A DNA stretch of 64,000 nt from an uncultured Ectothiorhodospiraceae bacterium (GCA_913056315.1 CAJXMZ010000001.1:31-64030), one strand, 5' to 3'; numbered from the stretch's first letter, positions 49,588 through 58,962 are shown. Program-made: numbers and translations. Notes: generated from the letters alone by a model not told the origin.

Positions 49588-50399
49588 CGATTCGCAATTC
49601 ACTAGGCTTTTGGCTAGGCGTGGCTTTGCTGGTTTTAACCAGTCACACCGTCAATGGCCAAGACCGGGGGTTCATCACCGTTGCATCGACCACCTCAACA
49701 CAAAATTCGGGGTTATTTGACACCCTTATCCCCCAATTCGAGGCCGCAACGGGCATTGCCGTGCGCATAGTCGCCGTTGGCACCGGGCAAGCGTTACGAA
49801 TTGGCTGTAATGGCGATGCCGACGCGGTGCTCGTGCACGCCCCCGCAGCCGAGCAGGCATTTATCGACCAGGGCTGTGGCGTTGATCGGCGCGAGGTGAT
49901 GTTCAATGACTTTGTGCTGATTGGCCCGCGTGCGGATCCGGCCAATGTGGCCGCGGCCGACTCAGCCATTGATGCCTTTGCGCGCATCGCCACTGAACAA
50001 GCGGCCTTTGCCTCACGCGGGGACGATAGTGGCACGCATAAAAAAGAGCTGAGCATTTGGCAAGCGGCTGATATTGCGCCGGCGGGGGGTTGGTATCGGG
50101 CATTAGGCGCAGGCATGGGTGCGGCGCTCAACACCGCTGCGGCCATGAATGCCTATGTGATGTCAGATCGAGCCACTTGGATTAGTTTTAATAATCGCCA
50201 AGATCTTTCTATTGTTTATCAAGGCGACCCGCGGCTGTTTAATCAATATGCCAGCGTATTGGTTAACCCCGAGCGTCACCCGATTCAATATGACTTAGCC
50301 CAGGTCTGGCACAACTGGTTGGTATCGAGTGCAGGGCAGGCCGCGATCGCGGATTATCGCTTACGCGGCCAAGCGCTATTTACCCCCAATGCGCCGTAG
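49584..50399 (+). CDS. tupA: Tungstate ABC transporter substrate-binding protein
   Basis: Signal peptide, STTSTQNSGL (TupA TTTS-type motif), VGTGQAL, VHAP, SRGDDSGTH.KE, DRATW. Confidence 0.9.
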   Translation: MTIRNSLGFWLGVALLVLTSHTVNGQDRGFITVASTTSTQNSGLFDTLIPQFEAATGIAVRIVAVGTGQALRIGCNGDADAVLVHAPAAEQAFIDQGCGVDRREVMFNDFVLIGPRADPANVAAADSAIDAFARIATEQAAFASRGDDSGTHKKELSIWQAADIAPAGGWYRALGAGMGAALNTAAAMNAYVMSDRATWISFNNRQDLSIVYQGDPRLFNQYASVLVNPERHPIQYDLAQVWHNWLVSSAGQAAIADYRLRGQALFTPNAP

Positions 50400-50441
50400 A
50401 CGGTTGCGCTCTTGGTTCGGGGGTTATGCCGAGCAACGGGC

Positions 50442-50990
50442 TTACCAGTGGCCAGTACCGGGTTCTCCTTTCCACGGCCCCACAAGCTCGCTGGTAACCC
50501 AACCGCCGTAATAACTGCCCGCTTGTGCTTGTACCACCTCGTCGCCGACCTTGCAGTCTAATTGCTCGGGGTAGCATGAGTAATAGCCGGCGATCGCTTC
50601 GGCACCAGCGAGTGGTTCGGGGTAAGTCCAAACGGCCGCCTTAATAACGCGTTCGGATGTCACGACGTCAAAGTACTGAGCGTACCCTTTCCACTCACAA
50701 AAACTTTGCTGTGGGTTAGGGCGAAGCAAGGCACGATCAAAGGCGCTGCTTGGTAGATAAAAAGCCGGTGGGCTCCCGGTCTCCAGTGCGCGTAGGCTGT
50801 GTGCGCTGTGGGCTATTTGGTGGTGATCGGCTGTGATAACCACTGCTCGGGAATCGGCGACATAGGCCGGGGGGCGCGGATAGTCCCAAACCGATTCTTG
50901 GTCGGCGCCAGGGGTAACCGCAAAATCCGGACGGCGTTGGCCGCGGTGTTGCCATGCTGCACGATGCGCCTCTAGCTGTCGGTCATCCAT
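50442..50990 (-). CDS. DUF427 protein
   Basis: QESVWDYPRPP, LET..PP..YLP, SFCEWKG.A.Y, YYGGWVT..LVGP.KG.PGT..W; ATG at 50990. Confidence 0.85.
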   Translation of the reverse strand: MDDRQLEAHRAAWQHRGQRRPDFAVTPGADQESVWDYPRPPAYVADSRAVVITADHHQIAHSAHSLRALETGSPPAFYLPSSAFDRALLRPNPQQSFCEWKGYAQYFDVVTSERVIKAAVWTYPEPLAGAEAIAGYYSCYPEQLDCKVGDEVVQAQAGSYYGGWVTSELVGPWKGEPGTGHW

Positions 50991-51041
50991 TCGTTTATCC
51001 CCTCGGGTGATCCGCAAAATTTGCCATCGGGGGTTGACTCA

Positions 51042-52208
51042 CTAATCCGCCCATTGCCCCTGGAAGTCGGCGGGTATGCGCAAGATTTGCCGGTCGACTT
51101 GGTTAATATCACGATGCCCACACAACGCCATAGTGGTGTCGAGCTCTTTGTGCAGAATCTCAAGCGCTTTCGTCACCCCGGCTTCGCCCATCGCACCAAG
51201 CCCGTAAACCCATGAGCGCCCAATCATCACGCCGTCGGCTCCCATGGCAAGCGCCTTAAGCGCATCTTGACCCGAGCGAATGCCGCTGTCGAAGTACACT
51301 TCCATGCGCTCGCCAACGGCATCAATAATCTCAGGCAGCATGCGAATTGCGCTGAGCGCACAATCGAGTTGGCGGCCGCCATGGTTAGAAACAACAATGG
51401 CATCAGCGCCTAAGTCGGCCGCTCGGCGGGCATCCTCAGGGTCCATAATGCCCTTGAGCACGACCTTACCGCCCCACATGTCCATGAGTTCTTTGACGCG
51501 GTCCCAATCGAGCGCGTGATCAAAGGCCTCAGCGGTCCAAGAAGACAATGAACCTGGGTCGGTAACCCCTTTGGCGTGGCCAACGACATTGCCAAACGTG
51601 CGCCGTTTGGTTTGCAACATGCCCAGTCCCCAAGAGACTTTGGTCATCATGTCAGCAATCGAGCTAAGCGTTAGCTTGGGCGGGGCACTGAGCCCATTTT
51701 TTAGGTCCTTATGGCGTTGGCCTTGCACCTGCAAATCAAGCGTAATGACGATGGCAGAGCAGCCTGCCTTGCGCGCACGCGCCATTAAGCGCTCCATAAA
51801 GTCATCGTCTTTGAGTGTATAGACCTGGAACCAAAAGGGTTTGCTCGTTGCCGCAGCAACATCTTCTATTGAACAAATCGACAGCGTCGATAGGGTAAAG
51901 GGCACACCAAATTTTTCGGCAGCGCGAGCGGCATGAATTTCGCCATCAGCGTGCTGCATGCCGGTCAGTCCAACGGGTGATAGTGCCATCGGAACACTCA
52001 CCGGTTCGCCCAAAAGGGTGCTTTGTGTGGTGCGGTTGGTCATATCCACCGCAACACGCTGGCGAAAGTAGATTGAGTTAAAATCGCTGGTATTTTCGTG
52101 AAAGGTTTGCTCTGACCAGCTGCCCGTTTCGCAGTAGTCGTAGAACATCTTCGGAACGCGCCGTTGATAGATTTTTTTCAGGTCATCAATACAGGTAATA
52201 ACGGCCAC
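51042..52208 (-). CDS. lldD: FMN-dependent alpha-hydroxy acid dehydrogenase (L-lactate dehydrogenase)
   Basis: RRVPKMFYDY, PVGLTGMQHADGE, SNHGGRQLD, DSGIRSGQD; GGAGG RBS before GTG 52208. Confidence 0.88.
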   Translation of the reverse strand: MAVITCIDDLKKIYQRRVPKMFYDYCETGSWSEQTFHENTSDFNSIYFRQRVAVDMTNRTTQSTLLGEPVSVPMALSPVGLTGMQHADGEIHAARAAEKFGVPFTLSTLSICSIEDVAAATSKPFWFQVYTLKDDDFMERLMARARKAGCSAIVITLDLQVQGQRHKDLKNGLSAPPKLTLSSIADMMTKVSWGLGMLQTKRRTFGNVVGHAKGVTDPGSLSSWTAEAFDHALDWDRVKELMDMWGGKVVLKGIMDPEDARRAADLGADAIVVSNHGGRQLDCALSAIRMLPEIIDAVGERMEVYFDSGIRSGQDALKALAMGADGVMIGRSWVYGLGAMGEAGVTKALEILHKELDTTMALCGHRDINQVDRQILRIPADFQGQWAD

Positions 52209-52334
52209 GAACCATCCTCCTTTAATAATTTGCTCTAAGATGCCATTAACGTCGCTGAGTATGAAGTCTTCGGGTTGTTGTGTGGCATGATTTTTCGCGC
52301 GACGATGGGGCCGTTGGGACATAAGGATTGGTCA

Positions 52335-53462
52335 ATGACAACGCATTCCAGCGCTCGCTCACGGGCTCAACCGCTTTCTGTGATCAGTTTGTTGTTCGCT
52401 ATGATCGTGGGCGGAGCGCTCGACTCAAAAACGGTGGCGAGCGCGCAGAGCGAACCCGCGGGCGTTCAAACGTTTACCTTGGGTGTTACTGGCAATTTAT
52501 CAAATTTGCCCTGGATTATTGGACAGCGTCGCGGTGCGTTAGATCGGCTGGAGCGCAAGCATGGTGTTCGCCTCGACATCTTGCGTTTTGCTGGTGAAGA
52601 CGATGCCATTGAAGCTTTCGCGCGCGGTCATGTCGACGCAGTAACCAGCTCTTTTCCTGCAATGATTGAATCGGTACACCGCAGTCAGCGAAATGCTGAC
52701 CTTATCTTGCTCACGGGAATTTCGCGCGGCGGCTACGGGGTGGTGAGCCGGTCGATCACCAACCCTAATGCCTTACGTAATCAACCGATCCATCTAGCGC
52801 TTGGATCAAGCAGCCATTATTTGCTGTTTCGCATTCTTGAACGGGCCAATATGGAACTGGTGGATGTGGACTTAATCAATCGCCCAGAGCGTGTTTTGAC
52901 TCGTTCAATTGCCCGTGGCGAGGTGGATACCGCTGTGGTTGGTGGAATGAGCCTAGCGAACTTAGCGGGGATGGAAGAATTAACCCTAATCTCGGATAGC
53001 CGCTCATTAGGCGGCGAGCTTATTAACGGCACGATTATTGACAGCGCGGTGGCAAGAGAAAATCCGAGCATCGGGCGCATGTTAACGGAAGCCTGGTTTT
53101 CGATTATGGCCTCCTTGGATGACGGTAATGGCGGTATTTCGGTCCAGGCACGGGATGCCGTCATGCAACTATCTGGCCTGCCGGCTGGGGCGTTGGCGAA
53201 TTACTTAAGTTTTGTTGACTTCCTGACGCAGCCCAATCAAGTCAAAAACCTAATGACGCGCGAAAATTTACGCTTAGTAACCGCGGCTGTCGCGCGATTT
53301 CGCAGCGCTGCCAAGCTCTATGCGTGTCCTAAAGTCACGACTGAGAATTGTGTTGTATTCCGATCAGACCGCGTGATCGCCACGATCGATGGGGTTGAGT
53401 TACGCCTCAACCCGAGTTTTATCCAGGCATTGATTGACGCAGCACACGATGATGCAAGCTGA
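52335..53462 (+). CDS. Orphan, diverged NitT/TauT-type substrate-binding-like protein
   Basis: Signal peptide; LPW...G.L......G..L.I, SHYLL.R.L, SDS..LGGE, ENP..G..L..AW..IM and a C-terminal VELRLNPSF, resembling the urea-carboxylase-associated SBP family. No permease or ATPase adjacent. Confidence 0.6.
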   Translation: MTTHSSARSRAQPLSVISLLFAMIVGGALDSKTVASAQSEPAGVQTFTLGVTGNLSNLPWIIGQRRGALDRLERKHGVRLDILRFAGEDDAIEAFARGHVDAVTSSFPAMIESVHRSQRNADLILLTGISRGGYGVVSRSITNPNALRNQPIHLALGSSSHYLLFRILERANMELVDVDLINRPERVLTRSIARGEVDTAVVGGMSLANLAGMEELTLISDSRSLGGELINGTIIDSAVARENPSIGRMLTEAWFSIMASLDDGNGGISVQARDAVMQLSGLPAGALANYLSFVDFLTQPNQVKNLMTRENLRLVTAAVARFRSAAKLYACPKVTTENCVVFRSDRVIATIDGVELRLNPSFIQALIDAAHDDAS

Positions 53463-54003
53463 GGATGCGGCGCTGTTAGCCAAGATCCGGGCGCGGGGTT
53501 TGGTGCAGCCTGATCTGCGGGCAGTCGCGAGTCAGTTGTATGAAAGCCAAGCACGGGCCGATCATCTCTGGCGACTGGTGGATCAGGACTGGGTTATTGC
53601 CGAGCCAATGCTGCGTGCAACGCGTTGCCCGGCCTGCCAAAGCCACGAGATGCTCGCCCATGAGCGCTGCCCTAATTGTCGCTGTGCCAACTTGCTGACT
53701 CAGCCGCTTTATCATCACATTCCGTGCGCGGGCATTTTTGAGTTTCAAGGACAGATTGAGGACCTCGCACAGTGCCCCAAGTGCAAGTCAGCACTCAATC
53801 AAGAGCAAGATCGGATCGAGCTGGCCGGGCAGATCTACCATTGCTTAGACTGCGCACAGCGCTTTCCAGAGCCTGTCATTGAGTTTTGGTGTTTGCCTTG
53901 CAACCAATCGCACCGCCTCGAGGCAGTGAGTTTTCACCGGCTATACGCCTTTCGGCTCAGTGAGGCCGGTGAATTAGCGCTGCGCAGACACCATAGTGAA
54001 TAG
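53449..54003 (+). CDS. Multi-CxxC zinc-ribbon protein, TackOD1-like
   Basis: CPAC, CPNC, HHIPC, CPKC, CLDC..F.EP, CLPC: five CxxC plus one HxxC, spaced as I recall for Thaumarchaeal output domain 1. Confidence 0.65.
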   Translation: MMQAEDAALLAKIRARGLVQPDLRAVASQLYESQARADHLWRLVDQDWVIAEPMLRATRCPACQSHEMLAHERCPNCRCANLLTQPLYHHIPCAGIFEFQGQIEDLAQCPKCKSALNQEQDRIELAGQIYHCLDCAQRFPEPVIEFWCLPCNQSHRLEAVSFHRLYAFRLSEAGELALRRHHSE

Positions 54004-55270
54004 TGTCTTGGCTGCGCTAACCGTGTTTTTGGGTGCCAATCCGTTGGCCACTGTGGTGACGATCTTTATTTTTGATATTCCCCGAGACCTCCTGTCGTTG
54101 GTCAGCCTATCTTTTGGGCGATTGCGTGCAAACACCACGCTGCCGCAAGACCCAGTCAATGCCGCTGGCACTGGCAATGTGGCCGTTATTATTCCCAGTT
54201 ACAACGATGTTGAAGGCATATTAGTGAGCTTAAAAAGCCTTCGAGAACAAACACAAAAGCCTGCCAAGATAATTGTTGTTAGCGATGGCTGTACCGATGA
54301 GACGGTGCCGGTTATGAACAATCTTTGGATGAGTGGGACGATTGATCAATTGATTGTGAATGACCAGCGCATGGGCCGAGCTACTTGCGGCAATATCGCG
54401 CTGCAGTATGTTGATGAGCCGTTAGTGTTGTTTATTGACTGCGACACGCGACTCGATCCCCACGCAATAGCCCGGTTGTGCCAGCGAATGAGCGAACGCC
54501 CCCAAGCGGCTGCTTGCTCCGGGAACATTATTGCTGGTAACAGTAACGCGAGTATTTGGACGGCCATGCAACAACTCGAGTATATGATCGCAATCGACTT
54601 TGGCCGTGAATTTGCGGATAGCTTTAACGCCATTGCTTGCTGCTCAGGTGCGCTCACCATGTATCGTCGCGACATACTCAGCGATTTAGGGGGTGTCTCA
54701 CCGGGCTCGGGTGAGGATTTGGCAACAACCTTACGGCTGCGACGGGCCGGTTATGAGGTGCATTTTGAAGCCACCGCATGGGCGTATACGCAGGTTCCCG
54801 AGACACTGGTTGGACTGATCAAGCAACGCCTTCGCTGGGATCGCGACGCGTTTCGGATTCAAATTTTGCAATTTGAGCAGTTTCACAAACAAAGCAAAGA
54901 TGAGTCACTAGGCAATACGCTGCAACGCTATGACTATATTTTGTTTACCTTTGTCCCCACATTGCTGATGCCCTTTTTACTACCAATTCTCACTCAGGTG
55001 CCAAGCCAAGAACTCCCGGCCTTTCTTGTCGGTGGATATCTATTTTTGTTATCGATTTCGCTGCTCATATTAGCGCCGGTATTTATGACCTACCGAGGGC
55101 CGGTGTCGCCATTTTTGCTGCTGATCTGGCCAATCTTTCCGCTTTACCAGGGTGTTGTCATGAAAGCGGTTAGGCTCTACGCCTATTTAAGTGAGGCGAT
55201 TTGGCACTCATCGATTCATGATGGCTATTTGCCTAGGCGTATTCGGCAACGACTCAATGGACGGCATTAA
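53996..55270 (+). CDS. Processive GT2 glycosyltransferase (NodC/HAS/PgaC-like synthase)
   Basis: IPSYND, VSDG, FIDCD (DxD), CCSGAL.MYRR, GED, QRLRW (QxxRW); one N-terminal and several C-terminal TM segments. Confidence 0.9.
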   Translation: MNSVLAALTVFLGANPLATVVTIFIFDIPRDLLSLVSLSFGRLRANTTLPQDPVNAAGTGNVAVIIPSYNDVEGILVSLKSLREQTQKPAKIIVVSDGCTDETVPVMNNLWMSGTIDQLIVNDQRMGRATCGNIALQYVDEPLVLFIDCDTRLDPHAIARLCQRMSERPQAAACSGNIIAGNSNASIWTAMQQLEYMIAIDFGREFADSFNAIACCSGALTMYRRDILSDLGGVSPGSGEDLATTLRLRRAGYEVHFEATAWAYTQVPETLVGLIKQRLRWDRDAFRIQILQFEQFHKQSKDESLGNTLQRYDYILFTFVPTLLMPFLLPILTQVPSQELPAFLVGGYLFLLSISLLILAPVFMTYRGPVSPFLLLIWPIFPLYQGVVMKAVRLYAYLSEAIWHSSIHDGYLPRRIRQRLNGRH

Positions 55271-56241
55271 TGCAAGTGATGCACTCAGGCGATGATATGG
55301 ACACGAGCGATCAGCGTTATCGCACCTCGGGGCGTATAGCGCGCACGATTTATTCGGTTGTTATCTTAGCTGTCATTGGCTACGCACTGTATTTTTTTGG
55401 CCGCCCTTATTTAGTGCTCGAGGGAGTTGGCCACGTGGTGGCACCCGTCCAAGCGGTATCATTGCCCTATGCCGCTAATGTTCGAGTGGTTAATGTTGAC
55501 CCCGGTCAGTTGGTCTATCCCGGGGCTTTGTTGGCAACGGTGGACCGCCCGGACCGTTCAGCAGCCTTGCGCGTGATCGATGGGGCTATGGGCGACGCAG
55601 CCAAAGACATTGAGCAGGCGCGCGAAACGCTGCAAGTCGAGCAGGAAATCCAAACAGCGCTTAAAAGTCGGCTCGATGAGCTTACCGACGCGCTAGAGCG
55701 AACGGACCAGAACCCCGATGCCGTGGATATGCTGACTCGGGCGGCAATGCAACGAGAATATACGCAAGCGCTTGATCGCTGGCAGACCAATCAAGCCCGT
55801 TTGCAGCGGTTACCGGGCCTGATTACAGTTTTAGAAGATAACCGTGAACGACTGCGGCGTCAGCACGCCGACATTCGTACCAGCTGGGAGAACTTTCAAG
55901 TGCTCGCGACTGAGGCCGGCACCGTTGGAGTTGAAGTGGTTCGAGAGGGGGCTTCGCTGCAACCGGGGGAGCCGATTGTCGAGATACTCGATCAAACGCA
56001 GCGCTTTGTTCGCTGGGAGCTACCACAAAGGCTTTTGCGCTTGCCCCAGGCTGGCGAGGCAGTGACTGTGATTGCTGCCAACACCGAGGTGCAGGGCATC
56101 GTTGATCGAGTGCTGCCACTCGCCCAACCCAACGGCGATAACCAGGTCACTACGAATCGTTTGGTCGATGTATCACTGGGTGACTCTGCTGACGAATTAA
56201 CGTTAGAGAGCAGCGTGACAGTGAGAATGCGCTATTTTTAG
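55270..56241 (+). CDS. HlyD-like membrane-fusion (periplasmic adaptor) protein
   Basis: N-terminal TM anchor, lipoyl half-motifs V.PGQ.V..G..LA and V.EG..LQPGEPIVEI flanking a long coiled coil; TAATG coupling with the GT2. Confidence 0.8.
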   Translation: MQVMHSGDDMDTSDQRYRTSGRIARTIYSVVILAVIGYALYFFGRPYLVLEGVGHVVAPVQAVSLPYAANVRVVNVDPGQLVYPGALLATVDRPDRSAALRVIDGAMGDAAKDIEQARETLQVEQEIQTALKSRLDELTDALERTDQNPDAVDMLTRAAMQREYTQALDRWQTNQARLQRLPGLITVLEDNRERLRRQHADIRTSWENFQVLATEAGTVGVEVVREGASLQPGEPIVEILDQTQRFVRWELPQRLLRLPQAGEAVTVIAANTEVQGIVDRVLPLAQPNGDNQVTTNRLVDVSLGDSADELTLESSVTVRMRYF

Positions 56242-56257
56242 CCTGTCACGCGCGCTA

Positions 56258-57286
56258 ATGGCTGTCATGTTGGTCGGTAGCGTAGGCAGCGGGGTCGGGG
56301 CGTCGGGTTCACTCGACTGCCTACCCAGCCCGGCTGAGACCGCCGCATTGGGGCAACGCGCCGGTGCGTTTGAAAATCTACGGACTTTGCACTTAGGGGT
56401 TAATGGCGATTTAGTGGTTGAACAGGCATTTAACGGTGCCTCAGTGCAATCGGCTGCCAATATTAAATCGGCTTCTAAAACCCTTATGGCTGCGATCACG
56501 GGAGCTGCCATCCAGCGTGGGATTATCAGCGATGTTAACGAGCGCATTGCCGGTAGTTTTGCTGCGCTGTTGCCGCGGGATCCAGACCCAAGGCTAGGGC
56601 AGATCACAGTAGACCATTTGTTATCGATGCGCGCGGGTCTGGCCCGGACATCGGGCGCAAATTACGGCGCGTGGGTGGCCAGTGATCACTGGGTGCGCTC
56701 GGCTTTAGCCCAGCCGGTCCAAGCCGCGCCGGGTCAGGGCATGCGTTATTCGACCGGCAATACCCATTTGTTGTCAGCTCTGCTTGAAAAGCGCACGGGG
56801 CAGCCCAGTTATGCCCTTGGCAATACATGGTTTGCACCGGCCGGTATTCGGGTGATGAGTTGGATGGACGACCCACAAGGGATCGCCTTTGGGGGCAATC
56901 AAGTTGCTATGCGGCCGCGATCCCTGTTTGCACTGGGTGAGCTCTATCGTCGCGATGGGGTAACAGCCGATGGCCAACGCTTGTTGCCGCCGGGTTGGGT
57001 GGCAGCCAGCTGGCAGATTCGTGGACGATCGCGGTGGACGGGCGATGGCTATGGTTATGGCTGGTTTATTCGTGAGTTTGCCGGTTACGCTGGTTATTAT
57101 GGCTGGGGCTATGGCGGTCAAATGTTGTATGTGATTCCAGCGCTTGAGCTGACCGCTGTGATCACCTCAAATCCCAATAACCCATCGGGGCGTACAGGGT
57201 ATCGCGATCAGTTACATGGCTATCTCACCCAATGGGCAAGACGCATTGGCGCAGCACAAAAAAACTGTACATTGGCGCGCCATTAG
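56258..57286 (+). CDS. Serine hydrolase, beta-lactamase class C-like family
   Basis: SxxK (SASK), HLLSM.AGL, YSTGN, WGYGGQ. Confidence 0.88.
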   Translation: MAVMLVGSVGSGVGASGSLDCLPSPAETAALGQRAGAFENLRTLHLGVNGDLVVEQAFNGASVQSAANIKSASKTLMAAITGAAIQRGIISDVNERIAGSFAALLPRDPDPRLGQITVDHLLSMRAGLARTSGANYGAWVASDHWVRSALAQPVQAAPGQGMRYSTGNTHLLSALLEKRTGQPSYALGNTWFAPAGIRVMSWMDDPQGIAFGGNQVAMRPRSLFALGELYRRDGVTADGQRLLPPGWVAASWQIRGRSRWTGDGYGYGWFIREFAGYAGYYGWGYGGQMLYVIPALELTAVITSNPNNPSGRTGYRDQLHGYLTQWARRIGAAQKNCTLARH

Positions 57287-57330
57287 CGATGATAGGGGAA
57301 TACTAAAAACTCGCATCGAGGAGAGTGGCT

Positions 57331-58962
57331 ATGCGCGATGAATCCACAGCGCAATGGGCGGGTGAATACGACTATATTGTGATTGGTGCCGGCACAGCCG
57401 GTTGCTTGCTGGCCAATCGTCTAAGCGCCAACCCAAATCACCGTGTTTTGTTACTCGAAGCCGGCGGGCCTGATCGCTATCCCTGGATCCATATTCCTGT
57501 GGGGTATCTGTATACCCTCAACAACCCACGCACGGACTGGTGCTTAAAAACGCAGGCGGATGCAGGCCTCAATGGTCGCGCGCTGACTTATCCTCGTGGG
57601 CGTGTGCTCGGGGGGAGTAGTTCGATAAACGGTATGATTTATATGCGCGGGCAAGCCGCCGATTACGAGCAGTGGGTTGCAGCAGGAAACCCCGGTTGGG
57701 GTTGGTCTGAGGCCCTTGATTATTTTCGTCAGCACGAAGACCACGGCTTTATAACCAATCAATGGCATAGCCAAGGCGGGGAGTGGCGCATTGAGCGCCA
57801 GCGATTGTCTTGGCCAATTCTTGAGGCTTTTCAGCGTGCTGCGGCCGAGCAGGGTATTGCGTCAGTTGATGACTTTAATACCGGTGATAACGAAGGCTGT
57901 GGTTACTTTCATGTCAATCAACGCAAAGGGTTGCGCGTAAGTGCAGCCAAAGCCTTTTTAAAGCCTATCCGCCAGCGTAAAAACCTCACCGTATTAACCC
58001 ACGCCGAAGTGCAGACACTGCAACGAATTGATGGGCGTCTATGCGCGGTAGGGTTTACGCATCGCGGGCAGTCGATGCGCGCTCAAGCTGGAAATGAATT
58101 AATTCTCGCCGCCGGTGCGGTCCACAGCCCGGTGCTTTTGCAGCGCGCGGGAATTGGGCCGGCCAAGGCGCTCAATGCGCTCGGGATTACAGTGGATAAT
58201 GACTTGTCGGGTGTTGGCGAAAATCTGCAAGATCATCTGCAGCTGCGCACGGTCTACCGAGTGCAGGGCGCCAAAACCCTGAACGAGCGGGTTAATCGAT
58301 TATCCGGACGGATGTTAATGGGGCTTGAGTACGCGCTGCGGCGCACCGGTCCGCTGTCGATGGCGCCCAGTCAGCTTGGATGCTTTGCCCGCAGTAGCCC
58401 GGCGCAGCCGCGCGCGAATCTGCAATATCATGTCCAGCCTTTGAGCACTGATCGTCTGGGCGACCCGTTGCATCCATTCCCAGCGATTACCGCCTCGGTT
58501 TGTAACCTACGCCCAGAAAGCCGCGGTCGGGTGAGCTTGCGCGATAGCAATCCAGCCTCTGCGCCTTGTATTGAACCGCGCTATTTGTCCACGCAGACAG
58601 ATCGGGATGTGGCTGTTGAGGCCATTAAGTTAACGCGGCGTATCATGGGCAGTGCTGCGTTGGCCGCGCATCAGCCGGTTGAGCTGCTGCCGGGGGCAGA
58701 GATTACCTCGGATGAGGCCTTAGCCGCGGCGGCTGGTGATGTGGGTACAACGATCTTTCACCCGGTGGGTACCTGCGCGATGGGCCCAGAACCGAGCCAG
58801 GGTGCTGTAGTTGATGCGCGGCTACGCGTCCACGGTGAGCCGGGGTTACGCGTTGTTGATGCCTCAGTGATGCCAACTATCACCTCAGGCAACACCAACT
58901 CACCCACGTTAATGATTGCAGAAAAAGCCGCGGCCATGATTTTGGCCGATGCGTCGGCTTAA
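57331..58962 (+). CDS. GMC oxidoreductase, 3-hydroxypropionate dehydrogenase (HpdH/DddA)-like
   Basis: GAGTAG, WIHIPVGYL...NPRTDW, RGRVLGGSSSINGMIYMRG, QYHVQPLS....PLH.FPAITASVCNLRP, FHPVGTC, SGNTNSPT. Confidence 0.8.
   Translation: MRDESTAQWAGEYDYIVIGAGTAGCLLANRLSANPNHRVLLLEAGGPDRYPWIHIPVGYLYTLNNPRTDWCLKTQADAGLNGRALTYPRGRVLGGSSSINGMIYMRGQAADYEQWVAAGNPGWGWSEALDYFRQHEDHGFITNQWHSQGGEWRIERQRLSWPILEAFQRAAAEQGIASVDDFNTGDNEGCGYFHVNQRKGLRVSAAKAFLKPIRQRKNLTVLTHAEVQTLQRIDGRLCAVGFTHRGQSMRAQAGNELILAAGAVHSPVLLQRAGIGPAKALNALGITVDNDLSGVGENLQDHLQLRTVYRVQGAKTLNERVNRLSGRMLMGLEYALRRTGPLSMAPSQLGCFARSSPAQPRANLQYHVQPLSTDRLGDPLHPFPAITASVCNLRPESRGRVSLRDSNPASAPCIEPRYLSTQTDRDVAVEAIKLTRRIMGSAALAAHQPVELLPGAEITSDEALAAAAGDVGTTIFHPVGTCAMGPEPSQGAVVDARLRVHGEPGLRVVDASVMPTITSGNTNSPTLMIAEKAAAMILADASA

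Noticed and set aside
56258-57286. Beta-lactamase resistance gene
   Set aside because: SxxK-family esterase/amidase-like motifs (YSTGN, WGYGGQ) without the AmpC KTG motif; resistance is unsupported.
57331-58962. Choline dehydrogenase betA
   Set aside because: Sequence blocks fit the HpdH-like GMC subgroup better, and no betB/betI is adjacent.
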